Position numbers and translations under genes: made by a program
From: Pseudomonadota bacterium
GTDB taxonomy: Bacteria; Myxococcota; JACRCW01; JAFGSX01
Direction: 5' to 3'
Assembly: GCA_043821645.1 (NCBI GenBank)
Contig: JBDRCO010000086.1
Span: forward strand, 1-63,947
DNA: 63,947 nucleotides
The notes under the pieces: generated by a model
The model's input: only the letters and a program-made list of their open reading frames with translations
Database searches by the model: none
What the model was told of the DNA's origin: nothing
Part shown: positions 18,416 to 28,329 of the stretch, piece after piece
Layout: each line of letters starts with the position of its first letter
How positions within the stretch are numbered: position 1 is the stretch's first letter

Positions 18416-19608
18416 TGCACCACCAGCTCGGCCTGCAGTGCCCCCGCGCTGCGCAGGGCCTCGAGGATGACGACGAGATCACGCGGTGTGGCACCCAGCG
18501 CGTTGAGAGCCGTGGCCAGGTCCGCCACGCTGGCGCCACGGGCCTCGACCCCGAGGGCGCGGAGCTGGTCCATCTGCTCGTGCGCCTGGACCTGATCCTG
18601 GCGGGTCACGGCGGTGGTCCCCTGGCCGAAGGCGCTGGGCTGGCTCACTTCGGGGCTCGAGCGAATCTCGATCTCGAGTCCGCCATGGGCCACGGCCACC
18701 GGTGCGATGCGCACCTGCGCGCCAACCACCACAGTTCCGGTTCGTTCGCTCACCACCACCACAGAGCGCTGGTCCACGTCGACCCAGGCGTTCTCGATGA
18801 GCGACAGCAGCTCGACCTCGCGTCCTTGCCAGGCCGCAGGCACGTCGAGGACCACGCTGGCCCCATCCTCGGCGCGGCACGGTGCGAGCGGCGGTGTCGA
18901 CGCATCCTCGCCGAGATCGACTGTGCTGGCGGTGGCACCTCCGTCGACAGCCGGGGCGGCTCGCGGCGAGGGGACGATGCCGGCACTGCGCAGGGCCTCG
19001 GTCACCGAGGAGGCCAGACGCTGGGCGGTGGTGAAATCCGCGCGGTGCAGGACCAGCCGCAGCGAGCCATCGTGCAGAATCCGCGCGGGCGCCGGGCGCT
19101 CGACGGTGGCGCCACTGGCAATGCGACCGCTGGTGGCGTAGTTGCGATAGACCTGGTTCATGCCTGCCGCGGCGTCGAAGCCGCCCACCACCAGCGCACC
19201 CTGCGCCACAGCGTAGGGTCGACCATCGGCGGCGGTCAGCGGTGTCGCGATCAGGGTGCCACCTGCCAGGGATCGTGCGTCACCCAGCGACGAGACAGAC
19301 ACGTCGATGCGGTCACCGGGTCGCACAAAGGCTGGCAGTGTGGCGGTCACCAGCACCGCGGCGACATTGCGCAGCCGCAGGTCGCGCGCCGGGATGGTGA
19401 CCCCGAGGCGGGCGAGGAGCGCGCTCACGGATTGCGGGGCCACACCCCTGAAATCGAGATCGCCCGTGCCCTTGAGTCCCACCACCACGCCGTAGCCGAC
19501 CAGGTGATTGTCTCGCACACCATCGAGGCGAGCGATGTCCTTGACCCTCGCCGCCTGCACGGGCAGCGCCAGCAGCAACAGCAACAGCGCAAGAAGCCGC
19601 CACGTCAT
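18412..19608 (-). CDS. flgI: P-ring protein FlgI
   Basis: Signal peptide; RVKDI..GVRDNHLVGYGVVVGLKGTGD; NALGATPRDL; ATG after GGAGG. Confidence 0.97.
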   Translation of the reverse strand: MTWRLLALLLLLLALPVQAARVKDIARLDGVRDNHLVGYGVVVGLKGTGDLDFRGVAPQSVSALLARLGVTIPARDLRLRNVAAVLVTATLPAFVRPGDRIDVSVSSLGDARSLAGGTLIATPLTAADGRPYAVAQGALVVGGFDAAAGMNQVYRNYATSGRIASGATVERPAPARILHDGSLRLVLHRADFTTAQRLASSVTEALRSAGIVPSPRAAPAVDGGATASTVDLGEDASTPPLAPCRAEDGASVVLDVPAAWQGREVELLSLIENAWVDVDQRSVVVVSERTGTVVVGAQVRIAPVAVAHGGLEIEIRSSPEVSQPSAFGQGTTAVTRQDQVQAHEQMDQLRALGVEARGASVADLATALNALGATPRDLVVILEALRSAGALQAELVVQ

Positions 19609-19626
19609 GAGCGTCGCCTCCACCGT

Positions 19627-20316
19627 CTAGAAGGGCCAGACCCAGCTCATCACCCGGGACAGCCAGCCATCGCGCTGCCGGTCTGCCACTGTACCCGAGC
19701 CAGTGAACTCGATGTGCGCGTCGACCACCCTCGTCGACAGCACGGTGTTGCCCGGGGTGATGTCCTGCGGCCGGATCACACCGCTGATGTACAGCCTCTG
19801 CTCGTCGTGGTTGACCAGGATCGCGCGCTCGCCCTCGATGAGCAGGTTTCCGCCCTCCAGCACTTGGCGCACCGTGCACGGGATGGTGGCTCGCACGGCC
19901 TCGCGTCGGCTGGTGCTACCCCGACCGTCAAAGGACCCCTGGCTCTGGCCGTCGACGGCGGGGTCAAGCTGCACCTCGGGCACGTTGGCCTGCAGTAGCC
20001 CCAGAGCGCCGAAGAAGGCGCGCAGGCTGGCGGTCTCCTGGGCCTCGCGCTTGAGCTCGGTGGCGGCGTCGCGCTCGGCCAGGGTCTCCTCGTCGATGAG
20101 CACGGTGACGAGGTCGCCGGGTATGCGCGCCCGGCTGTCCGCGAACAGGTTGGCCTGGGGGGCGCTCTCGCGGAACAGCGAACCGTCGGTGGGTCCCGGA
20201 GCCTCGGGCGACGCCTGAAAAGTCGAGCTGTACTCCCGGTGAAGGGGCTTGGTCTCAGCGAGATGGGCTGTGCAGCTGACGAGCAGCGGCAAGGCGATAA
20301 TGGCGAACTGCTTCAT
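19627..20316 (-). CDS. flgH: L-ring lipoprotein FlgH
   Basis: Lipobox LVSC; LFADSRA..GDLVTV; GVIRPQDI..NTV; GWL..WPF. Confidence 0.95.
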   Translation of the reverse strand: MKQFAIIALPLLVSCTAHLAETKPLHREYSSTFQASPEAPGPTDGSLFRESAPQANLFADSRARIPGDLVTVLIDEETLAERDAATELKREAQETASLRAFFGALGLLQANVPEVQLDPAVDGQSQGSFDGRGSTSRREAVRATIPCTVRQVLEGGNLLIEGERAILVNHDEQRLYISGVIRPQDITPGNTVLSTRVVDAHIEFTGSGTVADRQRDGWLSRVMSWVWPF

Positions 20317-20963
20317 GGCACAACCTCGACCTGCTGGGGTCCGACCGCCAGCCCCTGCATCGGTGCACCGTGACCCCGTACCCGGACCTGGACGCTCTGG
20401 CCACGCACAGCATCCTCCAGCGCCACGCCCTGGGTGCGGATGGTGAGGGCACCACGCTGCACGGTCAGGGCGACGCTCTGGTGGGCGCGGATTAGAGGTG
20501 GTTGGACCACGTCGCGTTGCTCGACCACCGCGCCCTCGGTCAGGTGGCGCCGAGCCGCCGTGCCGAGCAGCGATTCGTTGCTGCTGGAGAGCGCGGCGAG
20601 TTCCACCCCACAGCGATCCTCGCGACGCAGGTCTGCAGCACCCAGGGATGCGCCCGGGGTCAGCTCGTGGTTCGCCACCCAGACCGGTCCGCACAGCTGG
20701 ACCCCGGCCTGCAACCATTGCACGGGCATGCGCTGGCCCGTGGCGTCCTCGGTCTCGAGACAGAAGCGCGCGCGCCCCCTTTCGGGGGGCGCGACCAGGC
20801 GCAGAGTCGTGGCCCGCCGCCCGCGCGCGCTCAGTGATTGCAGCTCGAGGCTGGCTACCCGCGCTCCGGGAGGCAAGGTACGGGTGAGCTCGTCCAGGGC
20901 GGCGGAGCGGGTGGCGTCGGTGGTCAGGGCCCATAGCGAGAGCAGCATGAGGGTGCCGTTCAT
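20313..20963 (-). CDS. flgA: P-ring formation chaperone FlgA
   Basis: SAF-like region; GALTIRTQGVALEDA..GQSVQVR; between flgG and flgH. Confidence 0.85.
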   Translation of the reverse strand: MNGTLMLLSLWALTTDATRSAALDELTRTLPPGARVASLELQSLSARGRRATTLRLVAPPERGRARFCLETEDATGQRMPVQWLQAGVQLCGPVWVANHELTPGASLGAADLRREDRCGVELAALSSSNESLLGTAARRHLTEGAVVEQRDVVQPPLIRAHQSVALTVQRGALTIRTQGVALEDAVRGQSVQVRVRGHGAPMQGLAVGPQQVEVVP

Positions 20964-20970
20964 GAAAACC

Positions 20971-21756
20971 TCACCGAAGGTTGACCAGGCGCTGCAAGAT
21001 GGCGTCGGCAGCCTGAATGGCCTTGCTGTTCAACTCATAGGCGCGCTGGGAGGCGATGAGCTCGACCATCTCCTCAACGACCTGCACGTTGGAGGTCTCG
21101 AGGTAGCCCTGCAGCAGGGCTCCACTTCCCTCCTGCCCGGGCGTGACCGCGACGGGTTCTCCGCTGGTGGTGGTCGGGGCGAACAGGTTGCGACCCAGGG
21201 GTCGCAGCGCCGATGCGTTGACGAAGCGCGCCAGCTCGACGTGGCCCACCTCGACCGGGTCGGTGCGCCCGTCGACCAAGACGGAGACCACACCATCGCG
21301 AGCCACGGTCACCGCCACGGCGTCGCGCGGTAACACCACCGGTGGATCCAGGGGATCGCCGTCAGGGGTCACCAGGCGGCCATCGCCGTCGCCGCGCAGC
21401 AGGCCGGCGCGGGTGTACCCCAGGGCACCACTGGGCAGGCGCACCTGAAAGAAACCGTCGCCCTCGATGGCCAGGTCCAGGGGATTGTCGGTCTGCTTCA
21501 GGTCCCCCAAGGCCATGACGCGCTCGGTACCCGAGATCTTGACCCCACTGCCGACGTCGATCCCCGCCGAGGGCGCGCTCCCAGTACGGCCCGCCACCCC
21601 CGGCGCCTTGATCTGCTGATACAGCAGATCCTGAAACTCGGCGCGCGAGCGCTTGAAGCCCGCGGTGTTGACGTTGGCCAGGTTGTTCGAGGTGACGTCG
21701 ATCTTGAACTGCTGTCCGGCCATGCCGGCGGCGGCGGTGTGCAGTGCCTTCAACAT
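20971..21756 (-). CDS. flgG: Distal rod protein FlgG
   Basis: SNNLANVNTAGFK..FQDLLYQ; LETSNVQVVEEMV..QRAYELNSK. Confidence 0.97.
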   Translation of the reverse strand: MLKALHTAAAGMAGQQFKIDVTSNNLANVNTAGFKRSRAEFQDLLYQQIKAPGVAGRTGSAPSAGIDVGSGVKISGTERVMALGDLKQTDNPLDLAIEGDGFFQVRLPSGALGYTRAGLLRGDGDGRLVTPDGDPLDPPVVLPRDAVAVTVARDGVVSVLVDGRTDPVEVGHVELARFVNASALRPLGRNLFAPTTTSGEPVAVTPGQEGSGALLQGYLETSNVQVVEEMVELIASQRAYELNSKAIQAADAILQRLVNLR

Positions 21757-21811
21757 GTGGCTCTCCTATCGATGGGGCCGGCGTGGCTCCCCAGGTGTCG
21801 AACGTCATGGT

Positions 21812-22588
21812 TCACGACTTGACCTGCCCCACGTCGCTGGAGGCCTTGCGGTCGAGGTCCACCGCGACCTGCAGCACGCGCTCGGCCAGCTCGAAGCCGC
21901 GCTGTGCCGCGATGAGCTCGATCAGGCTGCCAAGCGGATCGGCGTTGCTTTCCTCGACCGCTCCCGCCTCGACCAGGGTCTCGCTGGCCAAGATCAGTGG
22001 TTGGCCGGCGTTCGCGCTGTAGACGCCGGCGCCGTGCATGGCGAGCTGGCCCGGGTCTGCCACCGTCGCGATTTGAAGCTGACCCAGGACTCGCCCGGCC
22101 GAACAGACGCGCCCCTGAGCGTCGATGAGCAAGGGCGCGCCGGGGTCCACGCGCAAGGGGCCCGCCGCACCGTCACGGGTCACCTGCACCGCCAGGCCCG
22201 AGGCGTGACGCAGGTTTCCCTGGTCGTCCAGGTGAAGCCTGCCATCGCGGGTCAGCGTCACGGGTTGACCCTCGAGCACCAGGAAGCCATCGCCGTGCAG
22301 CGCGACATCCAGCGGGTTGTCGGTGCGGGTCACGGCCCCGGCGCGAGTGGACACCCGCTGCCGCTGGGTGGCGGTGTAGACGGTGTCGGCGGGCAGGTTC
22401 CGCGGCGACATCGGCAGGGCTGGCTGGTTGCGCAGGCTCCCGGGCATGCCCGCACGAACCTGATCGAAGGCCAGACGGGTCTGCCGGAAGCCAACGGTCT
22501 GCACGTTGGCCAGGTTGTGCGAGGCCTGGTCCAGCTGCCGCAGGCGCGCCACCGCTCCGCTCATGGCCGTGTAGATGGACTTGGGCAC
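21812..22588 (-). CDS. flgF: Proximal rod protein FlgF
   Basis: GTG after AAGGAGG; SIYTAMSG..HNLANVQTVGFR; TDNPLDVAL; VEESN. Confidence 0.9.
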   Translation of the reverse strand: MPKSIYTAMSGAVARLRQLDQASHNLANVQTVGFRQTRLAFDQVRAGMPGSLRNQPALPMSPRNLPADTVYTATQRQRVSTRAGAVTRTDNPLDVALHGDGFLVLEGQPVTLTRDGRLHLDDQGNLRHASGLAVQVTRDGAAGPLRVDPGAPLLIDAQGRVCSAGRVLGQLQIATVADPGQLAMHGAGVYSANAGQPLILASETLVEAGAVEESNADPLGSLIELIAAQRGFELAERVLQVAVDLDRKASSDVGQVKS

Positions 22589-22649
22589 ATCGCCTCCTTG
22601 CATCGGAGCGTACCGCCCCTGGTTGCACGGCCCGCCCGAGTCCATCAAC

Positions 22650-22664
22650 GCAATGTCCATGCCG
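22650..22664 (-). promoter_or_regulatory. Sigma54 promoter of flgFGAHIJ
   Basis: CGGCATGGACATTGC on minus strand (GG-N10-GC). Confidence 0.75.
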
Positions 22665-22728
22665 TCGCTGCGCCCGTGTGGCAGCCCGAAACGAGTGGCT
22701 TTTTCGGGGTGCGTGCGATGTCCCCGGT

Positions 22729-22761
22729 GTCAAGATGCCGCCATTGCGTCAAAGGCCACAC
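22729..22761. promoter_or_regulatory. Tandem GTCAA half-sites (putative activator enhancer)
   Basis: GTCAAGATG.. and GTCAAAGGC.. 19 bp apart; GTCAAAGGC also occurs at 42911. Confidence 0.45.
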
Positions 22762-22774
22762 ACTGGCGGGTGAC

Positions 22775-22801
22775 TCAAGGTCTGGCCTGGACAGCCGATA
22801 G
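22775..22801 (+). promoter_or_regulatory. Sigma28 promoter of fliJ
   Basis: TCAAG-N14-GCCGATAG, 6 nt before the ATG. Confidence 0.8.
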
Positions 22802-22807
22802 CAGGAC

Positions 22808-23215
22808 ATGGCCGCCGATACACTCGCTCGCCTGCTGCGTCTGCGCTCTCGCCAGGAAGACAGCGCGCGCTCGATGCTCAGGGCATGCCACGAAGCCCAA
22901 GACAGGCTGCAGCAGCACCTCGAGGCGCTGCGGTCCCAGGCGGGCTCCGATCCTGTACACAGCGTCGGGGAGGGCCTGACTCAGGAACTGTGCACGCTAC
23001 GTTGTCAGATCGAGCAGCGTGCCCTGCAGCAGCAGCTTCTCGCCGCCGATCAGAAGGAAGCCCGGGCCCGCAGCGAGGTGTTGCAGCGTCGGGCAGATCG
23101 GGTGCTGGTGGAGCGCGTGCACGAGCGGCACCTTCGTCAGCGCCAGCATCGTGCCGAGCTCGGCCTGCAACGGGCCGCCGATGAGCGCTCTTCGCGTCGA
23201 CGTCGCCCCTTCTGA
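22808..23215 (+). CDS. fliJ: Flagellar export protein FliJ (stand-alone, inverted)
   Basis: LARLLRLRSRQEDSAR..coiled coil..LVERVHER..QRAADE pattern; 135 aa. Confidence 0.75.
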   Translation: MAADTLARLLRLRSRQEDSARSMLRACHEAQDRLQQHLEALRSQAGSDPVHSVGEGLTQELCTLRCQIEQRALQQQLLAADQKEARARSEVLQRRADRVLVERVHERHLRQRQHRAELGLQRAADERSSRRRRPF

Positions 23216-23370
23216 TCGCCGCCACGGCCCCGCCATACCGCCTGCGGACCTGGAACCCGTCTTGCCTCGTCGGATGTAACTCGCTGCGCCATGGCGCAGG
23301 GCACCCAGGTAGCTTGGCCTGTTGTCTAGGAGGTGCCGCGTGGGGCGACGGACCGAACTCCCGAGGGTGC

Positions 23371-24675
23371 TCAGCGCTTGAGGCTGATGAGCTCGGCCAG
23401 CAGCTGGTCCGCAGTAGTGATGGTCTTGGAGTTGGCTTGAAAGCCACGCTGGGCGGCGATCATGTTGACGAACTCCTCGGCCAGGTCGACATTGGAGGCC
23501 TCCAGCGCCCCGCCCACGATAGCGCCTCGCCCGGCCTCCCCGGCCATTCCGACGACGGGCTCGCCCGATCCCGTGGTTTGCTGGAACAGGTTGCCACCCA
23601 CACGCTCGAGTTCGGTGGCGCCCGAGAACAGCGACAGCGCCACCCGGGCCAGGGTCACCACCTGGCCATTGGAGAACGATCCCACGATGGCACCGTCGGG
23701 AGAGATGCTGACGTATTGCAGGCTACCTGTGCCATAACCGTCCTGGGTTTGCCAGACGACGCTGGAATCGGCTCCGTAGCCGGTACTGCCGCTGACGCCA
23801 GTACCGCCGTCCGTGGTGATGGCGTCGCCAAAATCGAGCTGCAGGGGCTGCGGGTTGGTGGCGCCGATGGGATTGAAGGTGTTGACGGTCTGGGCTTCGG
23901 TGTCGAGCGCGCCGTTGGCATCGAAGGTCAGGGTGCCCGCCACCACCTCGCTGGCGGTGCCCGCGGCGCCACCTGTCAACTCCCCTCCGTCCACCAGCCC
24001 ATGATATTCCCAGCCCGCCGCGGTGTGCCGGAAGTAGACGTCCACCTCGTGGGACTGGCCCAGGGAGTCGTAGACGGTGATGGTGGTGCTGAAGTTGGAG
24101 GTGGCGGCCGGATCGGCCGGGTCGAAGGCCGCACCTCCCGGATCGATTGTGGCACCTGCGTCGAAGTTGGCCGCGATGTCGACGCGGGTGCTGGCGTTGG
24201 GCGGGGCCATGCTGCTGGACAGGTTGATGTCGCCCGGAACACCCGAGGCGTTGCCCGCGGCGTCGACGGGATAGCCCTGCAGGAGCAAGCCCTCGGGGTT
24301 GACCACGAAGCCATCGGCGTCGATCACGAACTGCCCGGCGCGGGAGTAGTACACGCCCTGGCGTCCGTCGTGGGTGCCCTCGAGCACGAAGAAGCCGTTG
24401 CCTGAGATGGCCATGTCGGTCTCGTAACCCGTGCGCTGGATGGCGCCTTGGGTCAGGATCTGCTGCACCTCGGCCACCGAACTACCGAGCCCGATCTTGT
24501 CCATTGCGCCAGCGATGCCAATGATGCTTTGACCCAGCACGTCCGAGAAGTTCACGCGCGAACCCTTGAAGCCGATGGTGTTGACATTGGCGATGTTGTC
24601 GCCGATGGTCGACAGCATCGAACCATTGGAGCGCAGCCCGGCGACGCCGGTGTACATCGAGCGCAGGATAGACAT
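23371..24675 (-). CDS. flgE: Hook protein FlgE
   Basis: GDNIANVNTIGFK; TITVYDSLG; LEASNVDLAEEF..QRGFQANSKTI. Confidence 0.98.
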   Translation of the reverse strand: MSILRSMYTGVAGLRSNGSMLSTIGDNIANVNTIGFKGSRVNFSDVLGQSIIGIAGAMDKIGLGSSVAEVQQILTQGAIQRTGYETDMAISGNGFFVLEGTHDGRQGVYYSRAGQFVIDADGFVVNPEGLLLQGYPVDAAGNASGVPGDINLSSSMAPPNASTRVDIAANFDAGATIDPGGAAFDPADPAATSNFSTTITVYDSLGQSHEVDVYFRHTAAGWEYHGLVDGGELTGGAAGTASEVVAGTLTFDANGALDTEAQTVNTFNPIGATNPQPLQLDFGDAITTDGGTGVSGSTGYGADSSVVWQTQDGYGTGSLQYVSISPDGAIVGSFSNGQVVTLARVALSLFSGATELERVGGNLFQQTTGSGEPVVGMAGEAGRGAIVGGALEASNVDLAEEFVNMIAAQRGFQANSKTITTADQLLAELISLKR

Positions 24676-24711
24676 CTCGTTCTCCTCGGCGCCCAGGGCG
24701 CCCGTTGGTGA

Positions 24712-25374
24712 TCACACGCGGATCTCGATCACGTCTCCCAGCGGAACCCGCTGTGCTCCGAACAACAGCTCGGGATAGCCGTTCTCGTAGCTAAGGCCGG
24801 TGACTCGACCACAGGCGCGGGTGGCGCTGTCCACCACCCGGCCGTCGGTGTCGCTGGCGCTGACCTTGAAAGTGTAGTGGCCCGCGGACAGCCTGTTGCC
24901 ATCGTCGTCGCGGCCGTCGAAGGCCACGCTGTTGGAGCCACTGGCGCGACCGGTCAGGCTCAGGGTGCGGACCTTGTGCCCGTCCTCGTCGTAGACTGTG
25001 ATCTCGACGCTACTCGCCGCCCCGCCGAGGTCGAAGTGCAGGTCGACGGGTGTGCCGTCGGCAAGCAGCTCGAACCAGTCGCCACGCACGGCCACCTCCC
25101 GTCCCACCAGGCTGGCGACCTGGGCGTTGGTCGCCGCGGTCTGCAGAAACGACAGGGCGTCCACCGAATCACGCACCTCGACCATGGCCTCCAGCCCCGA
25201 AAACTGCGCGAGCTGGGCCACGAAGGCGGTGCTGTCGGTGGGTGCCAGGGGGTCCTGGTTCTGCAACTGGGTGACCAGCAAGCGCAGGAAAGCGTCCTTG
25301 TCCAGGGCGGTGCCACCACTGCTGGGTGCCGTACTCGCGGTCGCGCCCTGGGCGGAGGAAACGGAGGTGGTCAT
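24712..25374 (-). CDS. flgD: Hook capping protein FlgD
   Basis: FLRLLVTQLQNQDPL..QLAQFSGLE. Confidence 0.97.
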   Translation of the reverse strand: MTTSVSSAQGATASTAPSSGGTALDKDAFLRLLVTQLQNQDPLAPTDSTAFVAQLAQFSGLEAMVEVRDSVDALSFLQTAATNAQVASLVGREVAVRGDWFELLADGTPVDLHFDLGGAASSVEITVYDEDGHKVRTLSLTGRASGSNSVAFDGRDDDGNRLSAGHYTFKVSASDTDGRVVDSATRACGRVTGLSYENGYPELLFGAQRVPLGDVIEIRV

Positions 25375-26351
25375 GGTGAACTCCTGAAATCCCGGCGACG
25401 CGAGTCCTTGCCGCCGGAGCGGCTGTGCACGATCACCAGGCAGTTGTCGAGTCGGCGGCGCAGCTCACCGCTCTCCTCGCGCAGGCGCAGGGCCAGTGCT
25501 GGCTGTGCCACGAAGCTGACCGTGAGCAGGCCGGAGCCTTGGCGCAGGCTGATATGGATGTCGCCGGCCGCGACGTCGTGGAGCTGGATCTGTATCCCTC
25601 GGACCAGAGCGCTCGAGTCTGCGCTCGACACCGCCAAGCGCACGGCGTGCTCGATGCGCGCACTCAGACGTTCGCCGGGGATCCCGAGACGCTCGGTCGA
25701 GACCTCCCCTACGGAGGTTGCCTGCACGTCGCGTACCGGCTGGACCAGTCGATCCGGCGCGTCCTGGCTAGAGGCCGAGGTCTCGCGTTTGAGTGCGACG
25801 ACAGGCTCCGCTCGCGCCATCGCGTCCGTGGTGTCGTCACCCGCGCTGTCTTTCTTGGGCGCAGGCTCCTGCGGTAGCGACGAGGCGTGCGGGGTCGCAG
25901 CCGCTGTGGCGGGCGCCTGCGCAGCCGTGACGCCACTGGTTCGCAGCACCGAGATCGCCACCAGGTGCAAGGGGGAGGCGACGCGACCGTGCCGCGCGAA
26001 TGAGGTCGTATTCGCCCGAACAGGGACCGCCGCGGGTGGTCGGGGTGACGCCGGGCTTGCATGGCCAGCTGTGCGGGCCCGCAACCCCTGCAACAGTGTT
26101 GCCGCCAGCTCTGCACAGATCATGAGGGACGACAGATCAGTCGCTGATGCCTGCCTGTCCTTGGCGACGATCGAAGGCGTCCGCAAGTCGTTGCCTGTCG
26201 GTGTGGTGTGGGCCTCGCTGATGCTGTTCTGGGTAGAGCAGCTCGCACGCCCCAGCATGAGGGCGAAAGCATTGCACGGTGACTGGGGAAGACCGCGAGT
26301 CGCCGGCAGCACTGGCCGGTCACCAGGGGATTTCACGCCCTGCGAGTTCAC
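25371..26351 (-). CDS. fliK: Hook-length control protein FliK (divergent)
   Basis: Low-complexity N-terminus; C-terminal IQLHDVAAGDIHISL..LTVSF..LRRRL; directly before flgD. Confidence 0.6.
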   Translation of the reverse strand: MNSQGVKSPGDRPVLPATRGLPQSPCNAFALMLGRASCSTQNSISEAHTTPTGNDLRTPSIVAKDRQASATDLSSLMICAELAATLLQGLRARTAGHASPASPRPPAAVPVRANTTSFARHGRVASPLHLVAISVLRTSGVTAAQAPATAAATPHASSLPQEPAPKKDSAGDDTTDAMARAEPVVALKRETSASSQDAPDRLVQPVRDVQATSVGEVSTERLGIPGERLSARIEHAVRLAVSSADSSALVRGIQIQLHDVAAGDIHISLRQGSGLLTVSFVAQPALALRLREESGELRRRLDNCLVIVHSRSGGKDSRRRDFRSSP

Positions 26352-26998
26352 GGCGCACCTCGGCCGCCTGCACTCGCGGGTGCAGACGTCTCGGGGAACT
26401 GCGGCGAAGCGCCGGCAGCGTGGTCAAGATCTTGCGGTTCCTTCGCGATGGCGCGGGCCAGCCGGGCCGCTCGATCAGGAGGCAGAGCAGCCAGGAGCTT
26501 GGCGGCGGCGGCGGGTTTCATGCCCCGCAGCACACCTTCGGCCAGGACCTGGTCCAGGCGCTGCACGACCAGGGCCGCGGCGGCGGGTTTCATGCGCTCG
26601 ACGACGCGGACCAGTTTGCGTGGGTCTCGCGGTAATTCCTGGTCCTCAGCGGCTTGCGTGTCGTCGGGCGATCCTGCCTGGGGTCCTGTGGTGGCAGCCG
26701 AGGAGCCGGCCAGGGTCTCGGTTCCGCCTCCAGCGACAGGCCTCACTGGTTCGGTGGAGTCGGACAGCAAGATCAGATCTTGCATTGCTTGCTCGAGTGA
26801 CAGGCGCTCGGTTTCGAGGGCTAGGCGTTCGTGCTGCAGCTTCCGGATCACCTGGGCCAGATCCATGGCCAGAGCCCGATCCTCGTCGTCGAGACCCGCG
26901 CAGGCCAGGACCTGGCTTTCCGTCCTGTCCTCACCTGTGCCCGGCTGGGGTGCCTGGCTGGCGCCGAACATCAGCACGCCGAAGAGGAGTGCACTCAT
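26348..26998 (-). CDS. MotE/MgtE-N-like flagellar protein
   Basis: Signal-like N-terminus, coiled coil, repeated MKPAAAA helices; downstream of fliI. Confidence 0.7.
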   Translation of the reverse strand: MSALLFGVLMFGASQAPQPGTGEDRTESQVLACAGLDDEDRALAMDLAQVIRKLQHERLALETERLSLEQAMQDLILLSDSTEPVRPVAGGGTETLAGSSAATTGPQAGSPDDTQAAEDQELPRDPRKLVRVVERMKPAAAALVVQRLDQVLAEGVLRGMKPAAAAKLLAALPPDRAARLARAIAKEPQDLDHAAGASPQFPETSAPASAGGRGAP

Positions 26999-28329
26999 GG
27001 GGTTTCCGCCTTGGTGGCACCGGTGGTGATCTCGCGCAGGGCCTGCACGCTGGCAGTGAAGCTCTCTCGCTGTTCCGCGGTCTGCTGCAGCAGCTTGAGC
27101 AGGGCGGGTCGGCGGGCCATCGCGCGGTCCACCTCGGGGTTGGTGCCTGCGCGGTAGGCACCCAGGTTGATCAGTTCCTCGGCCTCCCGGTACACGGTGT
27201 GTATACGCCGGACACGGCGTGCCAGCTCGGCGTGGCTGCGATCGACGAGGGCGTCCATGAGGCGACTCTGGCTGGCAGCGATGTCAATGGCCGGGTACAC
27301 ACCCTGCTCGGCGAGACGCCGATCCAGCACCACCAGCCCGTCCAGGAGCCCTCGTGCGGCATCCGCGATCGGATCGTCGAGCACAGCGTCTCCCTCGACG
27401 AGCACGGTGTAGAAGGCCGTGATGTCACCCTCGGCAGGAGTGCCGCATCCCGCGCGCTCGATGAGTGGAGGCAGCAAGGCAAAGGCCGAGGGAGTGTAAC
27501 CCCGCGTGGTCGGAGGCTCGCCCAGAGACAGGCCGATCTCGCGCTGCGCCATGGCCACGCGAGTCAGCGAGTCCACCAGCAGCAGGGTGTGCAAGCCTCG
27601 GCGGCGAAGACCCTCAGCGATGACGGTGGCGGTCTCGACGGCACGAACCCGCACCACCGGCGAGGTGTCGCTGGTGGCGACTACCACGGCACAGCGATCG
27701 GCTGCAGGCCCCAGGTGGACCTCCAGGAACTCTCGCACCTCGCGACCGCGCTCGCCGACCAGCGCCAGCACCACGGCGTCGCAGTGGACGTGACGGGCCA
27801 GCATCCCCAGCAGCGTGGACTTGCCCAGACCGGCGCCGGCCACGATGCCCAGGCGCTGGCCGCGTCCCACGCTGATCAGGGCGTCGATGGCCCGTATCCC
27901 TGTCTCGAGGCGCTGGGTGATGGGGCGCCGGGTCAGTGGCGAGGGTGCCGCACTACGCAGGGGTTCTCCGTCGAAGTGGTCGAGGGGCGGCCCGGCGTCG
28001 ATGGCACATCCAAATGGGTCCACCACGCGTCCAAGAAGCCGCGAAGCGGTGGGGATCAGCTCGGCGTGCGGAGCCAGGCGAACGGGGGAACCCGATGCCA
28101 GGCCATGCAGGGCAGCGAAGGGCATCAGCAGGCTGTCCTGCTTCTCGAAGCCGACCACCTCGGCGCGGGTCAGGTGTGGGGCGTTGCCTATCTCGACCAC
28201 CGCACCAATGGGGGCCCTGACGCCCTCGGCTACCACCAGCAGTCCCTGTACACGCACGACCTGCCCCCGCCAGCGCACCGGCGACGTCGAGGCGAGGGTT
28301 CGCTCCACAAGCTGCAGGTCGAAGATCAT
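26995..28329 (-). CDS. fliI: Flagellar export ATPase FliI
   Basis: GQRLGIVAGAGLGKSTL; GERGREVREF; DSLTR; GEPP..GYTPS. Confidence 0.97.
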   Translation of the reverse strand: MIFDLQLVERTLASTSPVRWRGQVVRVQGLLVVAEGVRAPIGAVVEIGNAPHLTRAEVVGFEKQDSLLMPFAALHGLASGSPVRLAPHAELIPTASRLLGRVVDPFGCAIDAGPPLDHFDGEPLRSAAPSPLTRRPITQRLETGIRAIDALISVGRGQRLGIVAGAGLGKSTLLGMLARHVHCDAVVLALVGERGREVREFLEVHLGPAADRCAVVVATSDTSPVVRVRAVETATVIAEGLRRRGLHTLLLVDSLTRVAMAQREIGLSLGEPPTTRGYTPSAFALLPPLIERAGCGTPAEGDITAFYTVLVEGDAVLDDPIADAARGLLDGLVVLDRRLAEQGVYPAIDIAASQSRLMDALVDRSHAELARRVRRIHTVYREAEELINLGAYRAGTNPEVDRAMARRPALLKLLQQTAEQRESFTASVQALREITTGATKAETP

